A DNA stretch of 63,971 bases, filler included, from Choristocarpus tenellus KU-1152 (Eukaryota; Protista; Phaeophyceae), in NCBI GenBank assembly GCA_964200185.2. It is 12 parts of 12 records of this genome, joined end to end, with 100 filler letters (N's around TTAATTAATTAA, not from the genome) between each part and the next. Parts side by side here need not be neighbours in the genome. Positions count along the whole stretch, not along the records: positions 25,098 to 31,097 come from CAXNAD020009202.1; positions 31,198 to 33,938 come from CAXNAD020025149.1; positions 34,039 to 42,961 come from CAXNAD020004194.1; 9 more parts are not named here. One strand, written 5' to 3'. Shown in pieces: positions 26,552-39,265 of the stretch. Within the stretch, counting starts at the first letter, position 1. Every line of letters begins with the position of its first letter. The position numbers and the translations under genes were made by a program. Under the pieces are notes generated by a model. It was not told the DNA's origin and made no database searches. It was given only the letters and a program-made list of their open reading frames with translations.

Positions 26552-29500
26552 TTGAGGGACACGAGGGAAGGGGGAAATGTTTTTGGGGGGAGGATATGGG
26601 CTCACAGCACTACAATTTGTAGTGAAGACAGGAGCCAGGACAATAAGTTCGTCCAGAAGGCTATGGAGATGTTCATCGGCGGCCACTTAATGCCTTTGGC
26701 ACGGGAATATGATCAGACTCTGAAGGTCCTCCACATCTGGTCTGATGGGTGTGGTAGTCAGTTTAAGAACCGGTGGCAGATGTGGTGGGTTTCCCAGGCC
26801 ATTGCGAGGATGGGGATTTCAGTGGTGCACAACTTCTTCTCCTCGTGCCACGGCAAATCCATGGCGGATGGAGTTGGAGCCGTGGTGAAGTCAACCGCCA
26901 GGAGGCTGGAGCTCAACGGGGTACGGATGCCGGGAACCTTATCCTTGGTGGAGACATTGAAGTCTACCAAGACAGAATACATGCTGAGGGATCCAACGCC
27001 AGAGGAAGAGGGGCGCCTCCGTAGGGATCGCAAGGTTCCTCCAGGACAGACTGTTGTCACCAAGGTCAGATACCCCCCCCCACAATCCGCACATATAATA
27101 CATATCCTTTTATTCTACATGCGCTATAATCTCCAATTAGTATCGACATTTCTTGGTATCCGACACTTCTTCGCACGTCCCCCTGGCACCCTCCTAAGTA
27201 CAACACCTCTTCAATCCACAGCAACTATCTGTTACAAACACCCACCATCACAATCAGGACATTAACACAAATGGCAACAGCTTTACTGCATATTTAACTT
27301 CTCTTTCACAACCCACCACCACATACGACGAGTATCAACACATTCGTTCTGTCCAGCATCCAACCCTGCGTGTCTTCATCCTGTAAGGATTCGAAAAACA
27401 CGAAACAAAAATATGCCCTCTGTCTGCGCATAAATACCACCATTAACAAAAAACAAATCCGACAACACCATAATTCAACACTGTTTTCTCTCACGATCAT
27501 TCCGCAACATTGATATCCTCGTACTTAACATAAGTGAGGAGTATGTGCATCTAAGTTAGAACCTCTCAATAAACACACGACAACGCTGTACTCCTTAGGA
27601 TTGGGAGTGAAAGTATCTTAGAGGGTACATGTTTTGCCCTGTTAGTCCATTTTGGGCTTGGCTTCCCTCAGGAGTGTATGACGTTTCCTACTACAGAATA
27701 TTTCGGAGTAGGTAAAATGTGTATGTTATGAAAAGGTGTGTCCGGAGCAAGATTATTGACACTTCCTAACAAACACGATAGCCAAGATGACATCAAATCG
27801 CAACAATGGATTTTGGCACCCAAATGGACGCGGCTCTACCCTCTAAGATACTTTGGCTCTTGGGTGGACTGTGACGGAAGATCACACACGAAGACCTTCG
27901 CGAAATTGCTACAGCCTGATACCATAAGGAGACAGGACATCGTTCACATCCTGGCGTACAAAATCGATCGGAAGGGACGACATGACCACCGCGTCCCCCA
28001 GTTCGGCGGCATAAAGTCCATACACAGGTTTATCACCAGTCCAAGTGCAAATAGTATATCATCCAAGGTCGTCTATACTGAGATGTCGTGCTACTGCACG
28101 AGCTGTTCAATTGGCAACCTCATTGGCTGCAAGTGGCAGGGCACACAAATGCCTGCACTCAAGGAGATCCACCTCGGATTTTCCCCCAAAGACGACGTGT
28201 GTGACACTTACCTTAGGAGCCATCTCTCTAGGAAGAAGCTCGCAGTGGGGAATGTATGCATTGTGCGGACGGAGCCGTCGGAATATGATGGGTTGGAGTT
28301 CCTGCCGTTCATCGTAAACAAGAAGGAGACCGTGAAATGGAACTCCAGGGACCATTCCAGCTACGGAGGGATGTTCAGTGCTGGTGACGAGGTGGTGTTT
28401 GTCAGGGAAGACTTCAAGATGTTGACTGCCACTTTCATTGATAGAGTGCCGACATTTTGCCTCTCACGTGCGAATCGGGTGAGGCCCCCGAGATTCCTAA
28501 CTAAATATTACCCTCTTGTAAATACAAACGGAAATACGTCCAATCTTTTTCAAACACAAAAATCACATAGATCAGATAATTATACAATATTGTATTACAT
28601 ACGATATGATTATGTGTAGATTTTTTCGCCTTCAACTATGTTATTGTCAATATTCCTTTTTGGTTCATATTCCCATATATACATATATATACATGTACAC
28701 ATATGTTATCCCACCACACAACAACTACCCACTATCGTCAAACCCCGTTTATAACACGATGGTCTTCAGGATCTAACCTGCCACCCCAACACCATCAACA
28801 CAAATGACGTGCTCGAACTACAGGCCAATCAACCGGGTCCCCGTGTTGTCCCCCTTCAGGCTATCGTCAAGCCTGACTTCACGCACCTTCGTCGTAACAA
28901 CCTGGACGATACCTACACCATCCTCCCCGGTCAATACCAGAGATTCACAGTGGAATCCAATCGACAATCCCTCAGCGGGATCCCTGTTCGCTTCTCGAGA
29001 CAACAACGCAGACGTGGCACACGTCCAATGCCAAGTTCAGCCGAGGCACCCCCTTCATCCTGTGCGGGAGTGGAGATGATAGCATCCGGGAGCAAGTCCA
29101 CGACGTTGACATAGACGATTCCGGGGCATGTATCTACTCTGTGCATTACGAGGGTCAATATGATGACACCTCCTTGCCAACCGAGCTGAGGTCATTCATG
29201 ACAGAGGACGAGATCGAGGAGGGGGTCGAACAACTAAAGGAGAAGGAGAAAAGGGACCGTGATAAGACTGCAGTCCAGCTTGCCAACAAACACAAGGCGC
29301 GGATGACTCTTCAGGCAAACTGTAGAGAGGAGGAGAAGGATACCGGGACATACATCCTCCTCGAACCATCATTGAGGGTTGTGCCAGTTTTGGACGGGGA
29401 AGGGACACTTCATTCTAGAGATAAGGGCAGGGCAATGTACTTTCGGATGGACGAGCAGTGGATGTGAGGGACCGTCACCAAATACCAGCCCCGCCATACC

Positions 29501-29648
29501 GAGCCAGTGGGAGAGGAGCGACTCAGCTACCCCTATGAAGTCAAATGGGAGAATGGCGAGGTGCGAAATATCAATCTTCTTCAACAATTATACAGCACGG
29601 AGCCCAACGCGGAGCCGAGATCCTGGTTCTGGACCAGTCCCATATGAC
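26552..29648 (+). mobile_element. Sola2-like DDE transposase, intron-containing, 5'-truncated and degenerate; exons about 26552-27064, 27599-28478 (MITE inside), 28770-29648
   Basis: Motifs ICSEDRSQD, IWSDGCGSQFKN, NFFSSCHGKSMADGVGAVVK and GIKSIHRF...SCYCTSC...C match Sola2-type transposases. The introns have canonical phase-0 sites, and the last exon carries stops and a frameshift. Confidence 0.75.
27605..27859 (+). mobile_element. MITE family A (255 bp), TIR GAG(T/C)(G/C)AAAGTATCTTAGAGGGTA, TSD TTGG
   Basis: About 23-bp TIRs and a perfect 4-bp TSD; removing it restores the transposase frame (K|DWVDCDG). Confidence 0.9.
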
Positions 29649-29769
29649 CGCAAATTGGAACGGAGGGTTGCAGCAAGTCCGACGCGCTACCATCTTTTCG
29701 AAATTCGTGGTCGTCTGTCACTCCCTCCCCTCATCTAATGGGAGACATCATGCCTCCCGTTGGACATCC

Positions 29770-30027
29770 GAGCCAAAGTATCCTAGAGGGTAGAGTCGCG
29801 TCCATTTGGGGTCAAAATCCAATGTTGCGATTTTAACATAATTTTGGCTAATGTGTTTGTTAGGAAGTGTCAATATCCATTTTCCGGACACACATTTTCA
29901 TAACATATACACTTTACCTACTCCTAAACATTTTGGAGTAGGAAAATGCCATAAAAGAACCCATGGGAAGTCAAGCCCCAAATGGACAAACAGGGCAAAA
30001 CTCGTACCCTCTAAGACAATTTCACTC
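29770..30027 (-). mobile_element. MITE family A copy (flanks tcc/tcc)
   Basis: Full-length reverse-complement match to 27605-27859. Confidence 0.88.
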
Positions 30028-31197
30028 TCCTGTCCTACATCTTAGTTGAGGTCGGACGTGTGTTGTCGAGGTAGGGGTCATTTCTTCCATTTCAATTACA
30101 CAAGGGTGTAATGTCTATATCTCCTTCCTTTTTTAGGTGTACATGTGCAGCCCCACCTTTGGATTTTGTGTTGATTATTATACTTATAGACTGTACCAAA
30201 CCTGTTTCTTGGTCAATTACATTCCTTACGACTACTGGTATGTATTACATGGTGTGTTGTAGTTAGAAATGTATATGTATAGAGTTATTACATCGAAAAA
30301 AACAATTGAGTTCTTTGTGTGTTTGCTAGAAAAAGCATATATTCTCACATCGCAAATAATAATACACATCACTACAGAAAAGAATTCGTTGCACACCGGC
30401 CTTCTAAAGTGTGGTATTCTATATGCGGCGTTCCTCCTTCCACCCTTTACAGACGGAGACAACAATCAACATCGCACGTTCCCCTCTCCCATATAACATG
30501 CTTGTTAGACTTTGATATCACATGCCCCCCCTCCATAAAGGACATAAATGACATACCTCCAAAATACACAAACGTCACACAATTACTCCCGTCGAAAAAA
30601 CTCATCCCATCGCACACTCTCAACTTACATGGAATCCACACAAATTCCTTATCCCTTCTTACCCCTCACTATTCACGAGGCCCTCTCCATCAATTGACAA
30701 TCATATATCGCTTTATGCTGGAAATGACAATCCCTAAATACCCACCTCAATTAGCACTAATCCCACTCCAGTAAGGCGATCAAGCCACGCGAGATGATCC
30801 AACGCAATCCACACTCCACAATATACTAACCACCCAAACACCCCACCAGATAAATCGATCTCCAAAAAGGCCACTTTTCGAACATCCGAAACTCCAAGTA
30901 CATACACTAGATGCAGACAATGCAATATTCCACCCAAAAAAGACCAACCTGACACTCCATTTATGCGTTTTTCACAACATATTCATACCATTTCCAACAC
31001 ATATAGGAGGGCCCATTTGGACGCCCCATTGCAACCCCCCCCCCCCCCCCCCCCCCCCTCCCTCCCCCCGTTTCCCCCCCCAGAGTAGCTGGGTCCCNNN
31101 NNNNNNNNNNNNNNNNNNNNNNNNNNNNNNNNNNNNNNNNNTTAATTAATTAANNNNNNNNNNNNNNNNNNNNNNNNNNNNNNNNNNNNNNNNNNNN

Positions 31198-31256
31198 GAC
31201 ATGAAAAAATCGCCCCCAACTGGACAGCCGCCACCCCCCCCCAGATACTTTGAGCC
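31198..31256 (+). mobile_element. MITE family B right end (partial at contig edge)
   Basis: tggacagccgccacccccccccagatactttgagcc terminus. Confidence 0.8.
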
Positions 31257-31610
31257 AGCCCTAATCGAGAAGGACATAGGCCCTTTTCTCGATGTAACAG
31301 TTCCCAATGGAGTCCTTGACGTTGTACTCCAGCTGTTTGTATATGTGGGGTCATTCCTAAGTTTCTGGATAGCACCATCAATTGAATGATTGTCTTACCA
31401 TTTTTAGCTCCAGGAAACACAGCAGTCACTCTCCGTGCAAATCCAGTATGGTCAACGGTCACTTCATAGGTGACCGTCGCATAACCGTCCTTACCGACGT
31501 AATACGGGGCATCACTAATGGGCGCCCTCTCCCACCGCACATGTGTCACATCAGTGGAACCCACAGCACCAGGAAACCCCACAGCCCCATCCGTGCGTAT
31601 GACCAACTGG
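31257..31610 (-). mobile_element. PIF/Harbinger DDE transposase fragment (frameshifted)
   Basis: GFPGAVGSTDVTHVRW, YVGKDGYATVTYEVTVDHTG, FPGAKNGKTII, then after frameshifts DGAIQKLR..AYVLLD*G. Confidence 0.8.
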
Positions 31611-32129
31611 AAAACGATCAACTCGAGGACGAAGAACCTGAGGACGATGACATTCGGTCTCTCTCACTCTCTTCATCCTTTTTGTCCACCTTGAACCAGA
31701 TGTGCTAGAGGTAACATTTCTGTTAGCTCAAGTACATTGCTACAAACAACAACAGAGGACAAATCGAAACACCAAGAATTCCATTCAGTTTTGCCTTGAA
31801 ATTGGTCAAGAATGGTCTGATCCACCCTCCGTTCAAATTTTCCTCGTTCAGAAATGCCTCAAAATTGCCGCCTAATTCCCACTTGTCACGATTTTCCGTT
31901 TCTAAATGCCCCAAAATGGGAAAAAGCAACACGAAACGGGGGTGAAATCGTGCGTATAATAGGAGATGCTCTAATAAACAACACAATTATTGAGTGCAGC
32001 ACTAAGCTAGGATAGAGATATTGAAAGGGGATAGTGTAGTAACTAGTAGTATAACAGAGAATACATGTTTTTCACATTTATTATGACAACCATTACTTTT
32101 TTAGTGTTTATTCTGGCAAGTTAACATAC

Positions 32130-33260
32130 CCATGAATTATTTTATTATTATGCCCTTTGACATCTTCCACAAGTGCCATAGGAAAAACTAATGAAAACCA
32201 TTCACATGTCTGAAAAATCCCTAAAGAAGTAACAGCTTTCCTATTTTAGTACTACATATCTATGTTGCACTACTGCCTTCCTGTATCTCAAACCTATTCC
32301 TGCACCTCAGGGTGAGGAACTAGGGAAGCATACCAAGAACCTAATAAACCCCTCCTTGCCCATCTCCCTGGTGACTCCAGCTTAAAACTCATGACCTGTC
32401 TAGATAGAGCTACTTGCGTTGTGAATGAGACCATCTGGCGTAGGCAGGGTTTGAAGGCGCCTTTTCTGTTGTAGCCTCCAGTTCCTCTCCCCCCTACCAC
32501 ATGTGTATCTAGTTCATCCAGGAAATGTTTCGCTTGCTTGCCGAGGCACCCAAAACTTTCCACCATGAAGGCGTTGAGGTTGTAACTAATTGGTGTATGG
32601 AAAGAAGGTTTTCTGTTGTTACACCATTATTGTCGTATGCTATATACAACCTCAATACCCCTCGCCCGAACCTGGCATCGGATGTGTCCCCAAGCCTGAG
32701 TTGTCGGATAACGGTATATAGCACACTTCAATAACGGTATAACAAAAGAAAACCTTCTTTCCGTAAACTAGCTAGTTAAGACCTCAACACCTTCACAGTG
32801 GAAAGTTTTGGGCGCCTTTACAAGCAAGTGGAACATTTCCTGGATGAGCTAGGTACACATGTGGTAGGGGGGAGAGGAACTGGAGGCTACAACAGAATCG
32901 TAGCCGTGAAATCCCGCCTACGCCAGATAGTCTCAGTCACAACGCAAGTAGCCCTATCTAGACGGGTCATGCGTTTTAAGCTGGAGTCACCAGGGAGATG
33001 GGCAAGGAAAGGCTTGTTAGATTCTTGGGATGCTTCCCTAGCTCCTCGCCCTGGAGTGCAGGAATAAGCTAGGTTGGAGGCACAGGAAGGCGTTGGTACA
33101 GCATACTAGGTGGTAGTAAAATAGTAAATTGATTTATGTTTTGCACATTTGTGATAACTGTTGTTTTTTTAGGGATTTTTCTGACATGTGATTAGTTTTT
33201 ATTGTTTTTTCCCTTGACAAATCTGAAAAATGTCAGCGGGCATAATAATAAAATATTCTA
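32130..33260. repeat. Long diverged inverted repeat (arms about 32130-32632 and 32729-33260) containing two CRE-like retroelement endonuclease 3' fragments
   Basis: ORFs 32566-32294(-) and 32798-33067(+) both read VESFG.L.KQ..HFLDEL.THVVGGRGTGGYNR...LRQ.VS.TTQVALSR; flanking AT-rich DNA is also mutually reverse-complementary. Confidence 0.85.
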
Positions 33261-34038
33261 AGTGATATATTTCCATGTCTTCCCGTGACGTCTCTTCATG
33301 AGTACGTTTTTCGGAAGCTGGATCTCCCATCTCTGAAAAAAAAAAAATGAAACCCATCCGAATCGTGATCCTGCCCACTTCCTCAGTTCTCCACTTTTTC
33401 CTGCAAGTCCTTTCAGTATTGCACTTTTTCAACCATAACCTTGCCCTCTCGGTTACGGTTCATATTTGTCCGTTGGTTCGTCTTGCCCAGTGATTCTCTT
33501 TCCCACCCTTGCCTGAGTGAACCACGCCACCACAGAATCACACGATTCATATGTAACGGGAATACAAACCAATAATGTGGTTAGGTACTCTGAAGGGGGT
33601 GAGGGTGAGTACCTACACAAATATGACGTCGATCCATTCCACTTTTGGAGGATGGTGACAAGAAAGGTAGAAAACCGAATGAAGGCCCAGAGAATTGAAT
33701 TTGAGGGCACACAGTGAGTCATCCATCGCTAGTTAAGATCGATCGCTTTGCTGGAGTAAGACCTCCATATCACACCTACCAGTTCGTAAATCTACGTTTG
33801 GAATGCGTGACTGGTATAGCATTCAATAAGGAAGGGGAAAAAAATACCATCAAATCTGCACAGACTGTTACAGGCGAATAGAGCGAGTATTTCTTCTTAT
33901 ATTTCAACGAAGTGCAAACGTTTGTTACACGCGAATAGNNNNNNNNNNNNNNNNNNNNNNNNNNNNNNNNNNNNNNNNNNNNTTAATTAATTAANNNNNN
34001 NNNNNNNNNNNNNNNNNNNNNNNNNNNNNNNNNNNNNN

Positions 34039-34233
34039 CTAGGGTTAGAAGAGATTACATATTGATCAAAGGGTCAGGGCTAGGGTTAGAAGAGATTACA
34101 TATTGATCAAAGGGTCAGGGCTAGGGTTAGAAGAAACTACATATTGATCAAAGGGTCAGGGCTAGGGTTAGAAGAGATTACATATTGATCAAAGGGTTAG
34201 GGCTAGGGTTAGAAGAGACTACATATTGATCAA
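34039..34233 (+). repeat. 41-bp tandem minisatellite, about 5 copies, with embedded telomere-like GGGCTAGGGTTAG
   Basis: Unit ctagggttagaagagattacatattgatcaaagggtcaggg repeated. Confidence 0.92.
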
Positions 34234-34998
34234 CAAGGGGGTGAGGAAGGGCAGGGATCGTCCATGCCCTTCAAAACAAATGTCACTCCGCTGCTGGTGA
34301 CACAAGCGGCAGACCTCTTTCCTCCCAGATTGTAGGCATACTAGTGTACTATTGCAGGCAATATGCAGGGGCATCCAGTACCATTTCAATACACAGATGC
34401 TACAAAAAGTGACGGTATCAACACATCACTAGCAGGCACTGGGAAGAGCACAACACGGCACCTCGAGACAAAAGTGACAGTTACGCGTGTCCGGCAATAC
34501 AACAGCTGTAATTGCACTGCAGCAAACTAGTTCAGATCAGCTGATATCTCTCGCTGGAAAGCTGAGTTAATCTTATCGAAAAAAAAAAAAAAAGCCATTG
34601 GTGGAAAACAATCAATTCATTTTTTTTAAACAGAACGGTACATTAGCACAGAGCAAAAAAAAAGAAGGTAAAAGGTAAAAAAGGAGACAGTCGCACCCAG
34701 GACATACGAATCGTTATTACACGAACTTGAAATCAATCATCAGAGGATACCCGTCAGTGTAAGTAAGCTGATTCGCCACCACCAATAGGCGCCATTGCTG
34801 TGATACAACAGGAAACGGTTTGCGATGCGATGATAAAATAAAAGTGAACTGATGTCACACTGCAGCATAGGTATCGATAGTAGTGCACTAATTGTATAGT
34901 AATAGCAAGAAAGGTGTCAAAACCGTTCTTCAACTGAGGGCACCATCCTGTTGCGTCACATCACACGACAACGCCATCTTGCCCGGAATGAGGTTCAC

Positions 34999-36869
34999 CT
35001 CAAAGTCCTGGAGAACAACCATCCCATATGTCTGACCAAGCACACGTTCCGTTTCCTTGTAGTAGCACCATCTGTGATGGAGGGAGACCAACATGACCGG
35101 GGAAGACCGGTGAAAATTCAAAACACCAGCGGAATCCAAAGTTCAATCCAAATATTTCAGAGACAGGGCTCAGGGGCCAGGGGCATGACTCTGGGACAGA
35201 ATTAGTTGGGTGCAGAGTGTTTTTGTAACAGGGATTGCGTGAGCCCTGTGATAGCAACAATGGAAACGAATTGGTATGGTGACAGTAGCACTGCAGGCAT
35301 TGGTGATATCACAACCAGTGACCAACTGGGGTAGGTATAGAGGAGGCATGTATGAGGTAGCAAAAGTGGTGAAGCATAGCTTTACTGGTGCAAGGAAGAG
35401 AGCGCTGCTGCTCACAAGCATGGACATCAGGAGAATGGTGCTGGACAAGACAAAATTCCTTGGACCTAGATTCTGCAGCAGTAGTAGATGTCATGTGAGG
35501 TTTCTGGCCAAGGAAAGCACAAGCAAAGACTTCTTGCCTGTAGGTTTCCAAGCACCTCAAAAGCACATAGCTTATCAATGCGGCTCCCCATGCTCCTCCA
35601 AACCCTTACTTAGCTCTGATCTTTACCCAGAACCCAATATCCACCATTTACCTGATATTGGTGGAGTTGATGAAGAGCTCAAAGGGGTCATCTGAGGCCC
35701 CTCCTGCAGAGGCCAGTCCCGACTTCTTCTGTCGCTTAAGTTGGCGCATCCGCTTCTGGCGGTGGGTGGAGAAGCCCAGCTGCTCCAGTCAACAGCAATC
35801 ACAGGGTTCCGAGTTGTAATGCAAATTTCAAGAAAATGAGAGGCAGGCGCCGTAGTATGAACAGATGGTGGACGCGTTGATGATGGGGAAAAGACAGGAG
35901 TCCACAAAGAGCTGAGAAGGAGCTGTCAGGTCTTCGGCACGGTACACACACAGGTTTCAAGGTCAACTTATCTTGTGCCACTTCTCAATTCAACAAAAAA
36001 GAGCAATACTGACGTATTCGTCGTCAACATATTGACCACACCGAGACAGAGTCATCACACCCACAGTTCTATGGAGGGAGCAGCTGGAGGGATGACACAG
36101 TCGAACTCTCTAAGGGTGCAGGAACTACACCCAGCCGGACTAAAATGCCCAACACCCATTCACATCATCACCACCCACACACATCGTCACCTGGCGGAAG
36201 CATTTTCTCACCTCCTTCTTGTAGCACCAAAGAACGTTGGGGCGGGTAGCTACTCTCGCCTTGGACAGGATGTAGTGCAGATTCACGACCTGTGGGATAC
36301 ATCACTCCGTCAAGGGCGTGATTGGCAATAACATGGTCGAGAACTAGATAATATGGTTTTGCATCTTGCCCGCTTGTCCTGCAAGGTAATACAGGGAAAT
36401 TGTTTCTTTCAAGAGTGATGTTGTCATGATGAGCCGATGTTCAACCCACGGTAGAGCCTTGCACACAATGCCGACGGAATTCCAGCATTCGAAGCGAGAT
36501 CCTACATTCTGTGAGATGATATAGTGTTCTTTATTGTCGAACAAACCTAGATCTAGTGCATAGTAGAGCGATGCTTGCTCTCGATAAGCAACCTGAGCAA
36601 CGCGATAGCCAGGACGACAGGTGCTGTCGGGACAGCCTCGCGACTCAACCTTTCTAGCACATTACACAGGCATAAAGCACTGCAATCACTAGATTCGACC
36701 CTTCTTTGAGGATTCCCTTCACAATAGTCGATCCTGTTAGGTGATGAATTCGTTCCCTGACCTGATCCTTGCCGTGATCACCAACGAGCACAAACGTGCT
36801 TCGGTGGTTCGTCTTGACCCCATTTTCGATCAACGTTCTCACTCTTGCGTCCACTTTTTTGCGCACCAT
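34999..36869 (-). CDS. NAT10: RNA cytidine acetyltransferase NAT10/KRE33, 5' part; exons 36869-36762, 36289-36212, 35779-35652, 35071-34999
   Basis: MVRKKVDARVRTLIENGVKTNHRSTFVLVGDHGKDQ/VVNLHYILSKARVATRPNVLWCYKKE/LGFSTHRQKRMRQLKR..DDPFELFINSTNIR/WCYYKETERVLGQTYGMVVLQDFE is the conserved NAT10 N-terminus. Confidence 0.96.
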
Positions 36870-39265
36870 TGCATCCAAGATATTATCAAAGACTGCAAGA
36901 CAGTACAGGCTGCTCAAGTGGAGCTCAGAGCCCTCTCGAACTTGTAATCAAGGTTGCGCAGTGCTGAAAGTCTTGGCTATGCACAGCCAGGAAGATCACC
37001 AAACCCCGTGCACCTCCAGAGGAGAAATAAGAACGGATGGATGGAAGCAGCAACTCTAACGGCAAGTTTGTGGGTTGTCAAGCGAAACTCAGAACATCCG
37101 TGACAATATGTACACTCTAATGATATCCTCCCAGACGTCAAATCGGAGTCGGGGTAGGCTGGAACCATCGCAGTAATAACATTGGTTTGTTGTGTTTAGT
37201 TCACCAGCTTTTGTATTCAGAAAGAAGTCTTCTGAAAGTGACCACTCTTTCAAGTACACAAAGTTATTGTACCCTAAATTTTGGTATTTTCCTCAGCATA
37301 CTTGTAAAATGTCCGAGGGCGTAAGAGTATGTATCGGATTGAAGGACTGGTCACCACCGGGTTCCTCGATGCCGACAATCCGACCATTTCAGCGTGTGTC
37401 AAAGAACGGGTAGGCCTCCCACAAGTATTTGATAGGCGAACTTTCTAGGACGTACTGATATCACCAATGTTGAAATACCACTTTACCCCTCCATTAATTA
37501 CAAGCAGACTTAGGGTTAGCGAATGTGCACATCTGCTAAGATAGGAGACACTCATCTTTGATAATGTCACTAGAAACACGTTATTAGTAATAGTTTCGAA
37601 CGCAAAACGTGACTGTCACACTCCTAAAATGCCCAAATGATGGTGCAAGAAAGACCGTAGTCGGAAACCGTCCTAGACAGATGATGTTATGTAGACAGCA
37701 CTAGCTAAAAACATGTTCAAAACGTTGTTGATATTCATTTTAATTGTCCACTGTTTTCAAAAGGACTACCCTACACTACTACGTACGTATTCTAATACTA
37801 TTACTTACCCACCTTGCACAACGCAGAGTAAGCACTGCAAAGTCAAGCAGCAGTATAGTGTCTTGAAATAATTCAGGTACGGAATCACCAACAACAGTGC
37901 ACAGCAACTCCATGATGCATGTTTCAATTTCCGCACTACCAAGTGCAAGATAATGTATACAGGTCAAGAGGGATGGGCTTGGTAGGTCGATGATGCGACT
38001 CCATGACCAAGGTGATGTACACGATTGTTCCAGTACATCAGTTTGTAGCGCTGTGAGAGTACGATTGGAAATGCAGCTTACACCTCATAATAGAGCTGTA
38101 CTACTACGGCATGTGTGCACACGCCACACTATTACTACTACGACTACTACTACTACTACTACTACCAATAGATGAATATTTCACATTTGATGTCTTCTTG
38201 TGTGGGCTTTCACCTGCCAGCACCAAAGCCACTCACAACACATCCACCGATTGTCCGGTCTCTACATAGACCTTCCTGTGCTGTCAGGTTCTATGTGTGA
38301 ACCAGAACACATGGTAGAAAATAAACAACACCCGTCATGTTGAATGAAGGCAACTTCCCATCCACAGTCTACAATACCACTACTACTGTATTATGACAGT
38401 ACGGGGAGGGTGGGAGTCCCTGCATACAGCCATATGCTGAAGCTCGCTGAAAGTCGCAGTGTTGCATGCCTTACGTTTCATTTCGCTCCAGTCTACTACT
38501 ATTGATATATATTCATTATTCTGTTGTGATGAACACAGCAACTATTTTCATGCACTGAGATTGACCCTTTCGTATGTGTCGTGTCTTTGGGTGACACGTG
38601 ATCAATCACCATGGACTGTAGACTCCCTGCCCATGAGCATGGCATTTGGATTGACATAGCTCTCAACAAACAAGCCAGTGAGTCAGCAAAGTCCTAATTT
38701 CAAAGACGAAAACAAGGCAAGCATGCACTGAAACGAGAAACTCTTGATCTTCTGTCAAAGGTCACGTAACATTGAGCACACATAAACTGAGCAAAAAAAA
38801 AGAGTCTACTTTGAAGGTTTTATCATCTATTAGTAACATCTGTCAAAATACCTAACATGGGGTGAAGTAGCCATGACACATCTAGTGAGGGTTGGCAAGC
38901 AACAAAGGGGACTCCTCTATATCAATACTTTGGAGTGCATTAAATCTCAGATGTGCATTTCAGTGTGTACTGATCCATTCGCTAGAGCATTTCTTCCCAA
39001 TGTAATGACATACACTGTCTGCAATTCCTTCACAACGGTAGTCACCTGCAGCATTTAAGAGCATACCAGCAATATACCAACAGTCAAATTCAGCAGTATG
39101 GCTCAAACAAACACACACAACACCAAACCAAAAACCACAAAAGATAACATTGTCAGGGATCAGGGTGCCAAGAACGAATCCCAACATCACCACAAAAGAC
39201 ATGTCAAAATTGCTCAACAATCTGAAATCAAGACATACAAAATGTACAATTTTGCCTTGAAACAA

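Noticed and set aside
27738-27859. Recurrent ORF starts such as MSGARLLTLPN, SPKWT and TPNGQPPPP
   Set aside because: These are translations of non-coding MITE sequence.
33517-33717. Protein-like short ORF (YLHKYDVDPFHFWRMV)
   Set aside because: May be a TE fragment but cannot be assigned without a search.
34039-34233. CRISPR-like appearance of the 41-bp and 45-bp (60036-60170) repeats
   Set aside because: Units are contiguous with no unique spacers, there are no cas genes, and the context is eukaryotic.
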